Shown here: positions 1 to 14,988 of the stretch, piece by piece
Layout of the letters: each line of letters starts with the position of its first letter
How positions within the stretch are numbered: position 1 is the stretch's first letter
DNA from: the human T2T-CHM13v2.0 reference genome, Homo sapiens
Strand: one strand, 5' to 3'
NCBI RefSeq assembly: GCF_009914755.1
Contig: NC_060948.1
Length of the DNA: 64,000 nt
Notes under the pieces: generated by a model
What the model saw: the letters and a program-made list of their open reading frames with translations, nothing else
Databases searched by the model: none
Told to the model about the DNA's origin: nothing
Made by a program: the position numbers and the translations under genes

Positions 1-1032
1 TGGTCTCGCTGGCTTCAGGAGTGAAGCTGCAGACCTTCATGGCTAGCCTTACAGCTCATAAAGACCATGGAGACCCAAAGAGTGAGCAGCCACAAGATTT
101 ATTGTGAAGACCTAAAGAACAGGGCAAAAGAACAAAGCTGCCACAACGTGGAACAGGACCCAAGAAGTTGCACTGCTGGCTCAGATGACCCGCTTTTATT
201 CCCTTATCTGGCCCCACCCACATCATGCTGATTGGTCCATTTTACAGAGAGCTGATTGATCTATTTTACAGAGAGCTGATTGGTCCATTTTACAGAGAGC
301 TGATTGGTCCGTTTTGACAGAGTGCTGATTGGTGTGTTTAGAAACCTTTAGCTAGACACAGAGTGCTGATTGGTGTGTTTACAATCCTCAGGCTAGACAG
401 AAAAGTTCTCCAAGTCCCCACCAGATTAGCTAGACACAGAGTGCTGATTGGTGCATTTACAAACCTTTAACTAGACACAGATTGCTGATTGGTGCATTTA
501 CAATCCTTTAGCTAGACAGAAAATTTCTCCAAGTCCCCACCCAACCCAGAAGCCCAGGGGATTCACCTCTCACTGCTGGCACTCGCTGCTTTGCGGCACC
601 TCCTCCTGGCATTCTGGCAGCGCAGAGGGAGCTCCTTAAAAGCAAAAGAGGGGAAGTGAGAAAGAGATGGGAGATCTGCTATCATGGCCAAGGATCTCGC
701 CAAGAGGAAAAGGCAGTCAACGCTCCAGATTCAGCCTCCAATCAAGCCCAGCAAGCGCCGGCTGGCTGCCCCTAGCGCCGTCTTGCTGAGCCAGCGCTCA
801 CCTGGAACCTGCTGGCCTGCGATCACTGCTTGCAGCCCTGGCCAAGCCGGTGCCTCTCTCTTCACACTTTCTCGCTAGCACAGGGAGCCGGCTTCGGCCT
901 CAGCCAGCCCCAGAGAGGGGCCCTCATAGTGCATCGGCAGGCTGAAGGGATCCTCTAGAGTGGCCAGAGTGGACACCAAGGCCGAAGAGGCACAAGAGCG
1001 AGTGAGGGCTGCTAGCACGTTGTCACCTTTCA
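1..1032 (-). mobile_element. LTR12-family (ERV9/HERV9) LTR, cut by the window start
   Basis: Reverse complement of 1010-1032 reads TGAAAGGTGACAACGTGCTAGCA, the LTR12 5' terminus; tandem GCTGATTGG (CCAAT) units at ~227-492; GATAAGGGAATAAAAG promoter motif at ~193-208 on the minus strand. Confidence 0.92.
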
Positions 1033-1531
1033 TTAGTAAAGGCTAATTTGTATTTGAGGAAAAAAATCATCCTTTCAGAAATGTATTACAAAATACCAGG
1101 CAGGCTTATCACAGCTGGGATCACTGCCACTATGACACTGTGTGGGGAGTCCATGTCCTCTTACAAATCAGCCTGACTCTTCATATATTTTGTGGCTGAC
1201 TTGTCATTTACCTTTCTTGGAAAGAAGCCAGAAAAAGCTGAGCCTAACCCCAACTTTCTTGTATCCTCCAATATATGCAGCCCTGATGAGATTTCATGGA
1301 ATGTTTTCACACACAGAATATGAAAATTTATTTTGAAAATAGCAGATATATCAGATATTTTATGATAAAATAAGGCACATATACTGGTTGACAGGTCATG
1401 GAGTGTGGCTTTTACTACTAAAGAAGTAACAAGGAAAGTCCATAAAATTAAAAACAAAAATACTTTTCCCTCATCGTTTTGTTTATATGAGATGAATGTC
1501 ACACTGTCTTTTAATATTTCTGTTCGTTTCC

Positions 1532-1968
1532 TTTTTTTTTTTTTTCTTTTTGAGACAAGATCTTGCTCTGTCACCCAGGCTAGAGTAAAATGTGATCATA
1601 ACTCTCTCCCACCTCAACTTCCTGGGCTCAGGTGATCTTCCCATCTCAGCGTCCTGAGTAGTCAGAACCACAGGCACATATCACCACACCCAGCTATTTT
1701 ATTATTATTATTTGTAGAGATAGGGTCTTGCTATGTTGTCCAGGATGGTCTAAAACTCCTGGGCTCAAGTGATTCTTCCACCTCAGCCTCCCGAGTTGTT
1801 GGAATCACAGGCACATACCACTGTGCCCAGCTATTTTAAAAAATTATTTGTAGAGACAGGGTCTTACTATATTGCCTAGGCTGGTATCAAACTCCTGGGC
1901 TCAAACAATCCTCCCACCTCAGCCTCCCAAAGTCCTGAGATTAGAGGAATGAGCCACAGCACCCAGCC
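1532..1968 (-). mobile_element. Old AluJ with an additional left monomer (trimer-like)
   Basis: Poly-T tail, right arm, then two consecutive left-arm copies (GTAGAGA..GGGTCTT..CTATGTTG at ~1714 and ~1850). Confidence 0.8.
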
Positions 1969-2023
1969 AACATTTCTATTTTTTCTACTAAAATGCTCTT
2001 TGTGCAAAATATTTTTAGCAATG

Positions 2024-3385
<1,362 letters not shown>

Positions 3386-3597
3386 ATTTTTTTAAAAAAA
3401 TATTTATAGCCCAGTATGAAGGAATATCCAGGTTCATAGGAAGTTTTTAACAGATGTCTGCAATGCTGTCTCTATACCAAAGATGATTTTCAGAGAAAAT
3501 CCCTCATATATTGCTAAATAGAACTTATTTCCCCTTCTATTGGGTATATTAATTATGGCAGCATATATTTCTTATTTTTAAGCTGGATATGTAAACT

Positions 3598-3920
3598 CTT
3601 TTTTTATGTATTTGTATAAATTTAAGGGGTCCAAGTGCACTTGTGTTACGTTGATATATTGCCTGGTGGTAAAATCTTGTCTTTTAGCTTACCCATCATG
3701 TTAATAATGTACATTGTACACAAGAAATAATTTCTCATCCCTTAACCCTAACACACCCTTTCAGTTTTCTGAGCCTCTGGTGTCTATTTTTCCATTCTCT
3801 ACATCCATGTGTACACATTATTTACCTCCCACTTATGAGTGAGAATATGCAGTATTTGACTTTTTGTTTCTGAGCTGTCTCACTTAAGATAATGTCTTCT
3901 AGCTCTATCCATGTTCCTAC
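3598..3920 (-). mobile_element. Old L1 (L1MA-like) 3' end
   Basis: CTCCCACTTATGAGTGAGAATATGCAGTATTTG..ACTTAAGATAATG..CCATGTT, typical antisense L1 3' end. Confidence 0.8.
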
Positions 3921-3977
3921 ATATGGCAGAAAATTCTAATGGCAACCACACCTGATGTGAAACTATTTCTCTGTGTG

Positions 3978-4249
3978 TGAAATAAAATTATATACCATAA
4001 TAGTCACCCTTTTAAAGTGCACAATTTAGTGGCTTTTAGTACATTCATAATTGTGCAATCTCAGCACTATCCAACTGCAGAATATTTTTATAATTGCACA
4101 AAGAAGGCTCATATCCATTAAAAGTTGCTGGGCTGGGTGCAATGACTCATGCCTATAATCCTGGCACTTTGAGAGGCCAAGGTGGGTGAATGGCTTGAGT
4201 CCAGAAGTTTGAGACTAGCCTGGGTAACATAGTGTGACCCTGTCTCTAC

Positions 4250-4334
<85 letters not shown>

Positions 4335-4680
4335 CTGGGCATGGCAGTATGCACCTGTAGTCACAGCTACTCAGGAGACTGAGGTGGGAGGATCATCTGA
4401 GCCCAGGGAGGTGGAGGCTGCAGTGAGGACTAATCACACCACTGCACTCCAGCCTGCGTGATAGAGCAAGTCTCTGTCTCAAAAAAAAAAAAAAAAATTC
4501 CCTCCTCTTTCTCTCACCCACTCAAGTCCCTGAAAACCATGAGTCTACTTTTTGACTCCATGAATTTGCCTCTTCTGGACATTTCTTGTAAATAGAATCA
4601 TACACCGTGTATTCTTCTTTCACTCAGCGTAACTTCTTCAAAGTTTATCTACATATTAGTGTGTGTAAGTACTTCACTTT
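3978..4680 (-). mobile_element. Old L1M 3' end interrupted by an Alu
   Basis: CACCCTTTTAAAGTGCACAATTTAGTGGCTTTTAGTACATTCA...TTTGCCTCTTCTGGACATTTC..AATAGAATCATAC. Confidence 0.7.
4130..4497 (+). mobile_element. AluJ with (TA)n(CA)n microsatellite expanded in the central A-rich linker
   Basis: Left arm, A15(TA)n(CA)n at ~4250-4326, right arm, poly-A. Confidence 0.9.
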
Positions 4681-5147
4681 TTTTTTTTTTTGGAAAGACT
4701 GATAGGGTTTTCAAGTAGTGAGTGCAGGGGTGTAACACTGGGTGAAATGTTACCAGTAAGCAAGGCAAAGACAGTTATTTGCTTGATCCAATTATGTTTA
4801 TTCTCTATTGTTAATAGTGGAAACATTAATATTTAAGATTACACATTTGCCCTCTGAGTAAGGCATTGGAAACATCCCATAACTTTAGTAATGCCATGTT
4901 TTCTAGTAGTTTAGTAATGAACTATTTTCTAATTAATGTTTATTGCAATTTTGATTTCCTCTTACATCCAATATTTCCACCAGAGTTTCTTATTAGTGGT
5001 AGTTGATTGTCTCAAACATTTCTTTTTATTTTGATGTCATTGTGAATTGATGAATCAACTATAAATTAGTGATAAAATGCTGCCTGGATCATATTAGCTT
5101 TTATAAATTTATTAAGGTTTTCTTTATAAATTTATTAAGATTTTATT

Positions 5148-5445
5148 AAGGCATGGCGGCTTATGCCTATAATCCCAGCACTTTAGTGGGCTGAGGCGGG
5201 TGGATCATAAGGTCAAGATTTTGAGACAAGCCTAGCCAATATGGTGAAATCTCATCTCTACCAAAAATACAAAAATTAGCTGGGTGTGGTAGCTTGTGCC
5301 TGTAGTATCAGCTGCTCAGGAGGCTGAGGCAGGAGATTCACTTGAACCCAGGAGGTTGAGGTTGCAGTGAGCTGAGATCGTTCCACTGCACTCCAGCCTG
5401 GGTGACAGAGTGAGACTCTGTCTCAAGAAAAAAAAAAAAAAAAAA
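5148..5445 (+). mobile_element. AluS
   Basis: Dimeric Alu with poly-A tail. Confidence 0.9.
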
Positions 5446-5584
5446 GATTTTCTTTTAGGTGTGGTATATTATCAGTACTTGGGAGCATCCTGTGGACAAA
5501 TGAAAAGAGGACATGGAATCTGTTTAAAAATATATGTTCTGTTCCTTAGTGTTGATCACACAGGGCAGTACTTTGTGTAGTGCA

Positions 5585-6440
<856 letters not shown>

Positions 6441-6441
6441 A

Positions 6442-6934
6442 ACAGCTGTAGGCAGGTGACCTCTTAGATCTCTGCAAGTGAGCCTCCTAGACTTTGGATG
6501 CATCTGTTTACATTTTGTTAATGATGGTTTCACAGAGATAATTTCTTATTCATTAGGGGTCTGCAATGTGGAGCCTTATGTTAGCAAAAGCACTATGTAT
6601 GTCAACATTGTCAAAGTCCAGGTTCCATTGCAAGGAGTAGATCCCTAGCATCCACATGGCCTTCATCAGTATGTATCGGCTGACCATGGCACTGCCCACA
6701 TTACAGATATAGAGGTGGAGAGCCTCTTCCCAGTGGCATGGGTCCTGGAAAACTGGCAAGTCATCTTATTTCCACTGTGCTTATGCAGTTCCCCTGAACA
6801 ATGCCCTGTAATAGACAGCCCAGAGAATCTGAGCTATGTTCCTGTTGTGAACATAGTTGATCACTGTCTGCCACTGAGTACTTGAGCTCCCAGCTCCTGA
6901 CATTCCATCAGTCAACATTTGCCAAGCCCTCATG
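6442..6934 (-). pseudogene. Fossil exon (3'-most recovered), ~165 codons
   Basis: Polypyrimidine tract and decayed acceptor (TTTTTTTCCCGCAC); one frame without indels: MRAWQMLTDG..QWQTVINYVHNRNIAQILWAVYYRALFRGTA*AQWK*DDLPVFQDPCHWEEALHLYICNVGSAMVSRYILMKAMWMLGIYSLQWNLDFDNVDIHSAFANIRLHIADP**IRNYLCETIINKM; C-ending codon bias. Confidence 0.7.
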
Positions 6935-7182
6935 GTGCGGGAAAAAAATGTGTCGCATAGACAGGGAAAAGGTCAATGAAAGAGGAAAATGTGGTATATG
7001 CTCTTTAATAATTTAATTTGATTACACTTATTTTCCACTGTTAAAAGAAAAGCCTGTGGCTGGAATAAAATTTTGAAGAGAACCACCAACAGTGCAGCAT
7101 TTAATTGCCCTAGATTTCAATGTTCTTATTTGTAAAAATGGGGACTAGATGATAGTATCAGTTTAAAAACCTCTTTGCTTAT

Positions 7183-7358
7183 TATTTATTTATTTATTTA
7201 TTGGACATATGATCTCACTCTGTCACCCAGGCTGGAATGCAGTGGTGCATTCAAAGCTCACTGCAGCCTCTAACCCTAGCTCAAGCGATCCTCCCCTTGG
7301 AGTCTCCCAAGCTGCTGGAAGTACAGGTGGGCACCACCACATCCAGCTATTTCTTTTT

Positions 7359-7395
<37 letters not shown>

Positions 7396-7511
7396 AAAGA
7401 AGGACTCTACTATGTTGCCCAGGCTGGTCTTGAGCTCCTGGGCTCAAGTGGTCCTCCTTCCTTGGCTTCCCAAAGTACTGGAATTAAAGGCATGAGACAG
7501 CTCACTGGGCC
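7183..7511 (-). mobile_element. AluJ
   Basis: (TTTA)n tail, right arm, long T-run linker, left arm. Confidence 0.88.
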
Positions 7512-8847
7512 TGCACTTTTAAAATAATGGGAGATTTTGAAGGTCTGTAACCTTCTTCTGTTTTCCCTCTTCACCGCCTAGTATGGGAATAAGTATGCAT
7601 GGTTGCAAATTCCTAGTTTGTTTGCTAAGTAGGATACCATATGAGAAGAGAGAGAAGAAGAGTCAGAAGGAAAGACAGAGAGAGAGAGAGAAAGAGAGAA
7701 AGAGAGGAGGGAGGGAATGAGAACTATTTCTCTACTACTATTGTCTTTAAAATGTTAAGATATTAGTTGACAAGGTGGCATAAAGAACTAAGTGAAATTA
7801 AATATAACGGGCACTGAACATCAATTTGGGGAAAAGGCCAATTCACAACACCTTACTCATAGTGGTGTTTTGGAACATTAATGGATGAATCACCTTAGTT
7901 TTCATTCACCCTATACTATGAAATAGGAATTTAAAAAGTTAACTGAAGTTTAGAATTTTCATGAGTATTATGCCTGATTCTAAATACAATCATTCTAAAC
8001 AACAGAACACATATGATTTTATTTCTTTTCGTCTTAAGGAACTTATCCTACAGGAAAATTTATAGTACTTGCTTCTGCAATATCTTCTGGCAATGTGAGG
8101 TGAGCTGAAGTTGTTTTTTAAAATGCATGAATAAATTGTTTTATTAAGGGAAAATATTCTTAATCTTAGATGCAGGCTCATGATTTGCCAACTTCAAATT
8201 TCTATTTGGATTTCCTTTTAGGGGAAGATTTAGTGTCAAAATTACCATTTCTGGAGACTGTTCCAAACTTCCATATGTGATTCCTTGATCAGATACTTCC
8301 ACTCTGAAAAAAACTTCCTTTGATATCAAAATTTTTAAAGAATAAAAAGTTCACTAATTAATTAAATTTTAATTTAAAAATGGTGAGATTCTTGGTTTCT
8401 AGAATTTAACTACATAATTTTCAGCATCAAGCATTTTAACAATTTAATATGTTAGAAATAACAGATTTAAATATTTAAAGTTTAGAGGCTTTCTTAAAAA
8501 TACAACTCATAGACCATAACATTCACCTTTTCAAAGCATAGAGTTTAATGTCTTTTTCTATGTTCAGTTGTGCAGCCATCACCACTATCTAACTTCAGAA
8601 TATTTTTATAATCACAGAAAAACTCAGTACCCATTAAGTAGTCACTTCCCACACACTCTCCCTCCAGCTCTGACAATCACCAATCTGTTTTCTGACACAA
8701 TCTTTCAGCTACTATGATAGTCAGTGACAAAAACATTTGAGTTCAAAGACGGTATAATCAAAGACTGGTGGCTTGCTTGGAGAATTGTCTTACTGCTCTG
8801 CAGGTGTCTTTGCCAAAAGTATGTTCACTTGATCCTCAATTCATTGC

Positions 8848-9373
8848 TGATATGATTTGGCTCTGTGTCCCCATCCAATCTCATGTCAAATTGTAATTCT
8901 CAGTGTTAAGGGAGGTACCCGGTGGGAGGTGATAGTCATGGGGGCGGACTTTCCTCTTGCTGTTCTCATGATAATGAGTGATTTCTTATGAGACCTGATG
9001 GTTTAAAAGTGTGTGGCACTTCCCCCTTGGCTCTCTCTCTCCTGCCTCCATGTGAAGAGCATGCTTGCTTCCCATTAGCCTTCCACCATGATTATAAGTT
9101 TCCTGAGGCCTCCTAGTCACGCTTCCTGTTAAGCCCAAGGAACTGTGAGTCAACTAAAGCTCTTTTCTTTATAAATTACCCAGTCTCTGGAGGCTGAGAC
9201 AGGATAATGGCTTGAACTCAGGAGGCAGAAGTTGCGGTGAGCCGAGATCATGCCACTGCCCTCCAGCCTAGGCAACAGAGCAAGACTCTGTCCCCCCCAA
9301 AAAAAAGAAATGAAAGAAAAAATTACCCAGTCTCAGGTAGTCCTTTATAGTACTGTGAGAATGAACCAATACA
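8848..9373 (+). mobile_element. MST (MaLR) solo LTR, inserted in a fossil exon
   Basis: TGATATGATTTGGCTCTGTGTCCCC...AATGAACCAATACA termini; 5-bp TSD ATTGC/ATTCC. Confidence 0.9.
9188..9319 (+). mobile_element. 5'-truncated Alu (right arm only) nested in the MST LTR
   Basis: TSD AAATTACCCAGTCTC at 9173-9187 and 9320-9334. Confidence 0.9.
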
Positions 9374-11076
9374 ATTCCCTTTGCTGTACATGCATCCAAC
9401 ATAAACAACCCCATCCCCCACACTTATTTGGGGCATAAAAGCAATTGAATCACTTTTTCCATAGACATTGCTGTTTTTCTTTTGTAAATTCAGGGATTGA
9501 GTCCTTGGTTTATGATTGCTGTCATCTGTGTATGAGCTGGACACAAGGTTGAAAGAAGTGACTGAAGATCACTTTACTCACCATCTTAAAAATCCCAGCC
9601 TTGCATTGTGGAGCTTGAGGGCCCTGATACAGCATTATTAGTGCTTTGGAAATATAACATGAGTGACCAGCAGCCAGCACAGATTAAAAAAAAATGCCCA
9701 GTTGTCCTGTTAATTGCTCAAAATCTGTTATTCAAGCTACACAAAAACACACAGCTAAGAGGTCATAAATAAGTTAATTAGCTTGATTTAGCCACCCCAC
9801 AATGTATACAAATATCAAAATACCTTGATGAACACAATATATATTTTTTGTCAAATAGTAAATACAATTTTTAAAATCTATTTACTTTAATCTATTTTTA
9901 TTTTTAAGAAATGGAGTCTGACTATCTTTCCCAGTCTGGATTTGAACTCTTGGCCTCAATTGATCTTCCTACCTTGGCCTAAATGCAGATGTGGTGGTGC
10001 ATGCCTGTAGTCCCAGGTGTAATTTATTTCAGATCACTCACTATCTTCACTACAATGAAGTATGAATCTACAGGGCACGATTTTATGATTCTAGGGATTA
10101 GGACCAAGAGTGTGTTTTTGAATATTTACATAGAGGGGTTGAAAAATGAATCCCCGTAGAAGGTCTTATTATGAAATTGCATTGGAAATGTGAAGAAAAT
10201 TGAATATGTGAAGTATATTGAATATCAACAAATACATATAATCATGATCCATATTGAAATCTCAAAGACGAATACAGTTTAGGGCAAAAATAGGGACCCT
10301 AAACTTAATAACAAAGAGAGGCTATTTTATCCTTCCAAAATGAGAAGACATTAGTGATTAAAGAAAAACCCTGTCAAAAGAACTCCATTAACCATTGTTC
10401 TGCTCATTTATTTAGTGCAGGTGAAGGCATTGCTCTCAATGGACTTGGAGTGGCCTTAGAAAGCCACAGGACACAAAAATATAAGTATTAAAAATGATAG
10501 ATCATTAATTAATAATTGGTAACTTCTACAATATATTTCTTCTACATAAAATTAAGTTTATCAATTAAATTAATAATATATGAACATGTGGATAATTTAA
10601 CATTAATAACCCAGATTTGAGTCAACCAGGAAAATAAAAGTGGAATTCTGCAGTGTGGTCCTGCATCTTATAAATAAAAGAAACTTTAAGACATACCCAC
10701 CTCTGCCTCTTTGCTAGCACAATGTGTTCTCTCTTATATTGCCTGAAACAATGCAAAACAGCAAAGATACTTTTTTTAATGACCCAAAACATTACTTTTC
10801 CACCTGGAAATTTTGTTTTCCTTTAGAAATTACTTTTTTTTAAAACAAAATCATGAGGCACTCCAGTTAAGAAGCAAAGTGTGTTGTTTTTCTTCCTAGA
10901 TGGAATGTTTTGTTGTAACTCACAGGAACATATATGGGCAGTACAATCTTTCTCAAGGTAGCTTCTGAAATGCATCACATCTAAACAGACACTGTATTGT
11001 GTCTCCTCTACATAAACAAGCCTTTATTAGCCATGATGAAAAAAATCAACATTTTGATTATGTGAACTTTGGTTAC

Positions 11077-11808
<732 letters not shown>

Positions 11809-11816
11809 AGATTTAC

Positions 11817-12317
11817 AGTCCACCATTGGAGTCAGAATTGTAAAAGTAATGTGTGTGAATCTTTCAAGAGCTGTGGCTTCCTTCAGCATCAAAGTTATTT
11901 TGCACTGACGTGTACCCCACCTTTGGAATTTTTGTTTTTGTTTTGAAACAGGGTCTTTCTCAACCCAGGCTGGAGTATAGCAGTGTGATCTCAGCTCACC
12001 ACAACCTCTGCTTCCCAGGTTCAAGCAATTCTCATGGCTTAGCCTCCCAAGCAGCTGTGGCTTCAGGCATGTGCCACAAAGCCCAGATAATTTTTTATTT
12101 TTGGTAAAGACAGGGTTTTGCCATGTTGGCCAGGCTGGTCCTGAACTTCTGGCCTCAAGTAGTCCAGCCACCTTTGCCTCCCATAGTGTTGGGATTATAG
12201 GTGTGAGCCACAACGTCCAGCCTGGATTCTTTTGATGAGGTCGGCAAGGGAATGAGGAAAGCTTTCAAATGCTATGAAAACAGCACCGGAAATCCTGTTA
12301 ATGGCTAATCCTGCATC
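11817..12317 (-). pseudogene. Fossil exon split by an Alu
   Basis: Acceptor GGTTTCTCTAG, donor gtaaat; removing the Alu and one TSD gives an open frame DAGLAINRISGAVFIAFESFPHSLADLIKRIQRWGTRQCKITLMLKEATALERFTHITFTILTPMVD; an alternative frame cannot be excluded. Confidence 0.6.
11935..12222 (-). mobile_element. Old Alu (J/Sx) inserted in a fossil exon
   Basis: Dimer; degenerate TSD CAAAAGAATCCA/CAAAAATTCCA on the minus strand. Confidence 0.88.
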
Positions 12318-12524
12318 CTAGAGAAACCCAGTGAATTGTGTGGCTGTTACAAGTATGAGCAGTTATGATTATTTTGAATATACTATTTAATCCTTTTTAA
12401 ATGTGTGACTTTTGTTGTGTGTGTGTATGTGTCTGTGTGTGTGTGTGCGTCCCAATAATGGACTTTATTAGTGTTCCTCATCCCCTAGACAGATGTTAGC
12501 TGTGCAGATATGCTGGCCTAAGGA

Positions 12525-12950
12525 GGGGGAGGGGAAACATAAGACACATGCATTATAAGTGGAGAGTTTTTTTGGTCCAAGTTTGAAGATTATAACCAGA
12601 ACCATAGATTCAATGTGCCCAGAACATATGCTCGGATTAACAGCAGGAACAAGTGAGTTTTTAAAGGAACAAAGGAGGCAGTTCCTAAATTGTTTACCAA
12701 TAATTTACATGAAAATAACATAAAATATTGATTGGCTATAAATTGTTCTTTATATTACAAATTCCAGAGACATGAAGCTAATAGGTGAGGCTGCTAATTA
12801 GAAATAAAATGCATTCAAACAATTGCCCCCAGGCATGGGTTTGCCAGGCAGTGAGTGTGGCTGAAATCTCACACACTCTTGTCTCCCTGGGCCTGATAAG
12901 TTTTGCATACCTCATATAACTCAGACTTCTCTGGCTGTTTTATTTCTATC
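12525..12950 (-). mobile_element. MER67-family ERV1 LTR
   Basis: CTGGGCCTGATAAGTTTTGCATACCTCATATAACTCAGACT..TATTTCTATCA is the reverse of the MER67 5' end. Confidence 0.75.
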
Positions 12951-13983
12951 ATGTGAGAGAAAAATATCTATAAATATAATGTTGTTAACATTCTCTTGAA
13001 ATTTGAGTAGGACTGGAAAAATCTTTAAAAAAATCATAAACTTCTACCTCAAATTTCCCTCAAAATGTCTTAATGACATCTATGCAAACCTAATTTGGAA
13101 AATAAATTGTGAGCAAAAAAAAAAATCACTTTAGAACTTACCAGTTTTAATAGAATTTCAAGAAAACCCAAAAACAAACAAAAATACATGGAGAAAATCT
13201 CTTTTTGTAGAAATCACTCAACTGTAATATCCTTGAAGTTCATTTCTTTGCATGGAATAAACTGATAATAAAATTTGTTTAAAATGAGTTGAATGAGCTA
13301 CTTTAAGAATAATGTTCAATACATTTTGATTTAAATAATAGATTCATCATGGAAAAAGTGTATGTTGATTTAAGCCTTCATTTTCTCATAATAGGAAATT
13401 TTATAGCTTTCCACACAGTATGTCGGTTTGAGTTATAACGTAGTGGGTCAGAGCAAGATCAACAATTGAGAACCACGTGCACACAATTATGCAAATCCTT
13501 TGTCATGTCCCCTACGCTAGGAGTCATTTAATTGTCTTCTTCTTTATATGAAGACTAGTATTTCTGGAATCAGGGAAATGAAGGAAATAGAAATGAATAG
13601 AGCTTTATTCAAAGCCAGAAGCGAATGAACACAATCATTAAACAGGACAATATGCAGAATAAAAATAGTAGGAAATTCCCATAAGGAACTAAACACCAAA
13701 GAGAGATAAAATCCTTTAAGACTTAGTCTCTTTCTGTTGTAAACCACATGAATGTTCCAAACCAAAACAACTACTTTGGTAAAGTTGGAAGGCAATTTGT
13801 ATAAAAGGAATAAATTCTTGTTTTATCTCTGATTTAAATTTTTCACCATTTTCATCCTTTATTCTTTTCCTGATTTAAGGCAATTTGTTTTTTCTTTTGG
13901 AGACTGAAAATGGACACAAGCTGAACCCTATAAGGAACTTTCATGACTTCTTGTTTGAAATTTATATTCTTTAAATTGTATGT

Positions 13984-14951
13984 GGGGACTGCATTAAATT
14001 TGTAGATTGCTTTTGGCAGTAAGGTCATTTTCACAACATTGATTTTACCCATCCATGAGCCTGGGATGTGTTTCCATTTGTTTGTGTCATCTATGATTTC
14101 TTTCAGCAGTATTTTGTAGTTTTCCTTATAGAGGTCTTTCGACTCCTTGGTTAGGTATATTCCTAAGTATTTTATTTTATTTTTTTGCAGCTACTGTAAA
14201 CAGGGTTGAGTTCTTGATTTGATTATTTGCTTGGTCACTGTTGGTATATAGAAGAGCTACTGATTTGTGTACATTAAACTTGTATCCAGAAACTTTGTTG
14301 AATTATTTTATCAGTTACAGAAGCTTTCTAAAGGGGTCCTCAGGGTTTTCAAGGTAAATGATCATATCCTTAGCAAACAGTGACAGTTTGACTTACTCTT
14401 TACAGATTTGGATGCCCTTTATTTCTTTCTCTTGTCTAATTGTTCGGGCGGGGACTTCCAGTACTATGTTGAAGAGAAGTGGTGAGAGTGGGCCACCCTT
14501 TGATACAGCAGTCCCGCTACTGGGTATCTTCCTAGAGGAAAACAAGTCATTATTCAAAAAAGATACTTGCACACACACTATTATAGTTGCATAATTAACA
14601 ATAGCAAAATTGTGTATCCAACCCAAATGCCCATCAATCAACAAGTGGATAAAGAAACTGGAATATATATATTCCACTATATATATATATATATATATTC
14701 CACTATATATATATATATATATATTCCACTATATATATATATATATATTCCACTATATATAAATATATATATTCCACTAGTGGAATATATTTATATATAT
14801 ATAGTGGAATATATATATATAGTGGAATATATATATATAGTGGAATATATATATATATAGTGGAATATATATATTCCAGTTTCTTTATCCATATATATAT
14901 AAAATAGTCTCCAATCTCATCCAGGTCACTGCAAATGGTGTTAATTCATTC

Positions 14952-14988
<37 letters not shown>

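Larger units (their letters stand above)
7857..10742 (-). pseudogene. Cluster of fossil exons: 10697-10742, 10393-10454, 9582-9623, 8794-9536 (split by MST), 8246-8303, 8048-8104, 7857-7910
   Basis: Phase-compatible chain: QYKREHIVLAKRQRW|ATPSPLRAMPSPALNK*AEQW|ALKLHNARLGFLRC|SYTDDS..ISVGDGVVYVGCMYSKGNELRIK*TYFWQRHLQSK|WKYLIKESHMEVWNSLQKC|SPHIARRYCRSKYYKFSCR|VNEN*GDSSINVPKHHYD, leading into the 6934 exon; donors gtatgt, gttaat, gtgagt, gtaaga, gtaatt, gataagt (decayed), gtaagg. Confidence 0.7.

Noticed and set aside
6442-6934. Citrate synthase pseudogene (VGSA..Y..AM, IRNY/LRDY and NVDIHS/NVDAHS look-alikes)
   Set aside because: Similarity is patchy, the NVD motif is out of order, catalytic motifs (DHEGGN, GYGH) are missing, and the block has an upstream acceptor and unrelated upstream exons
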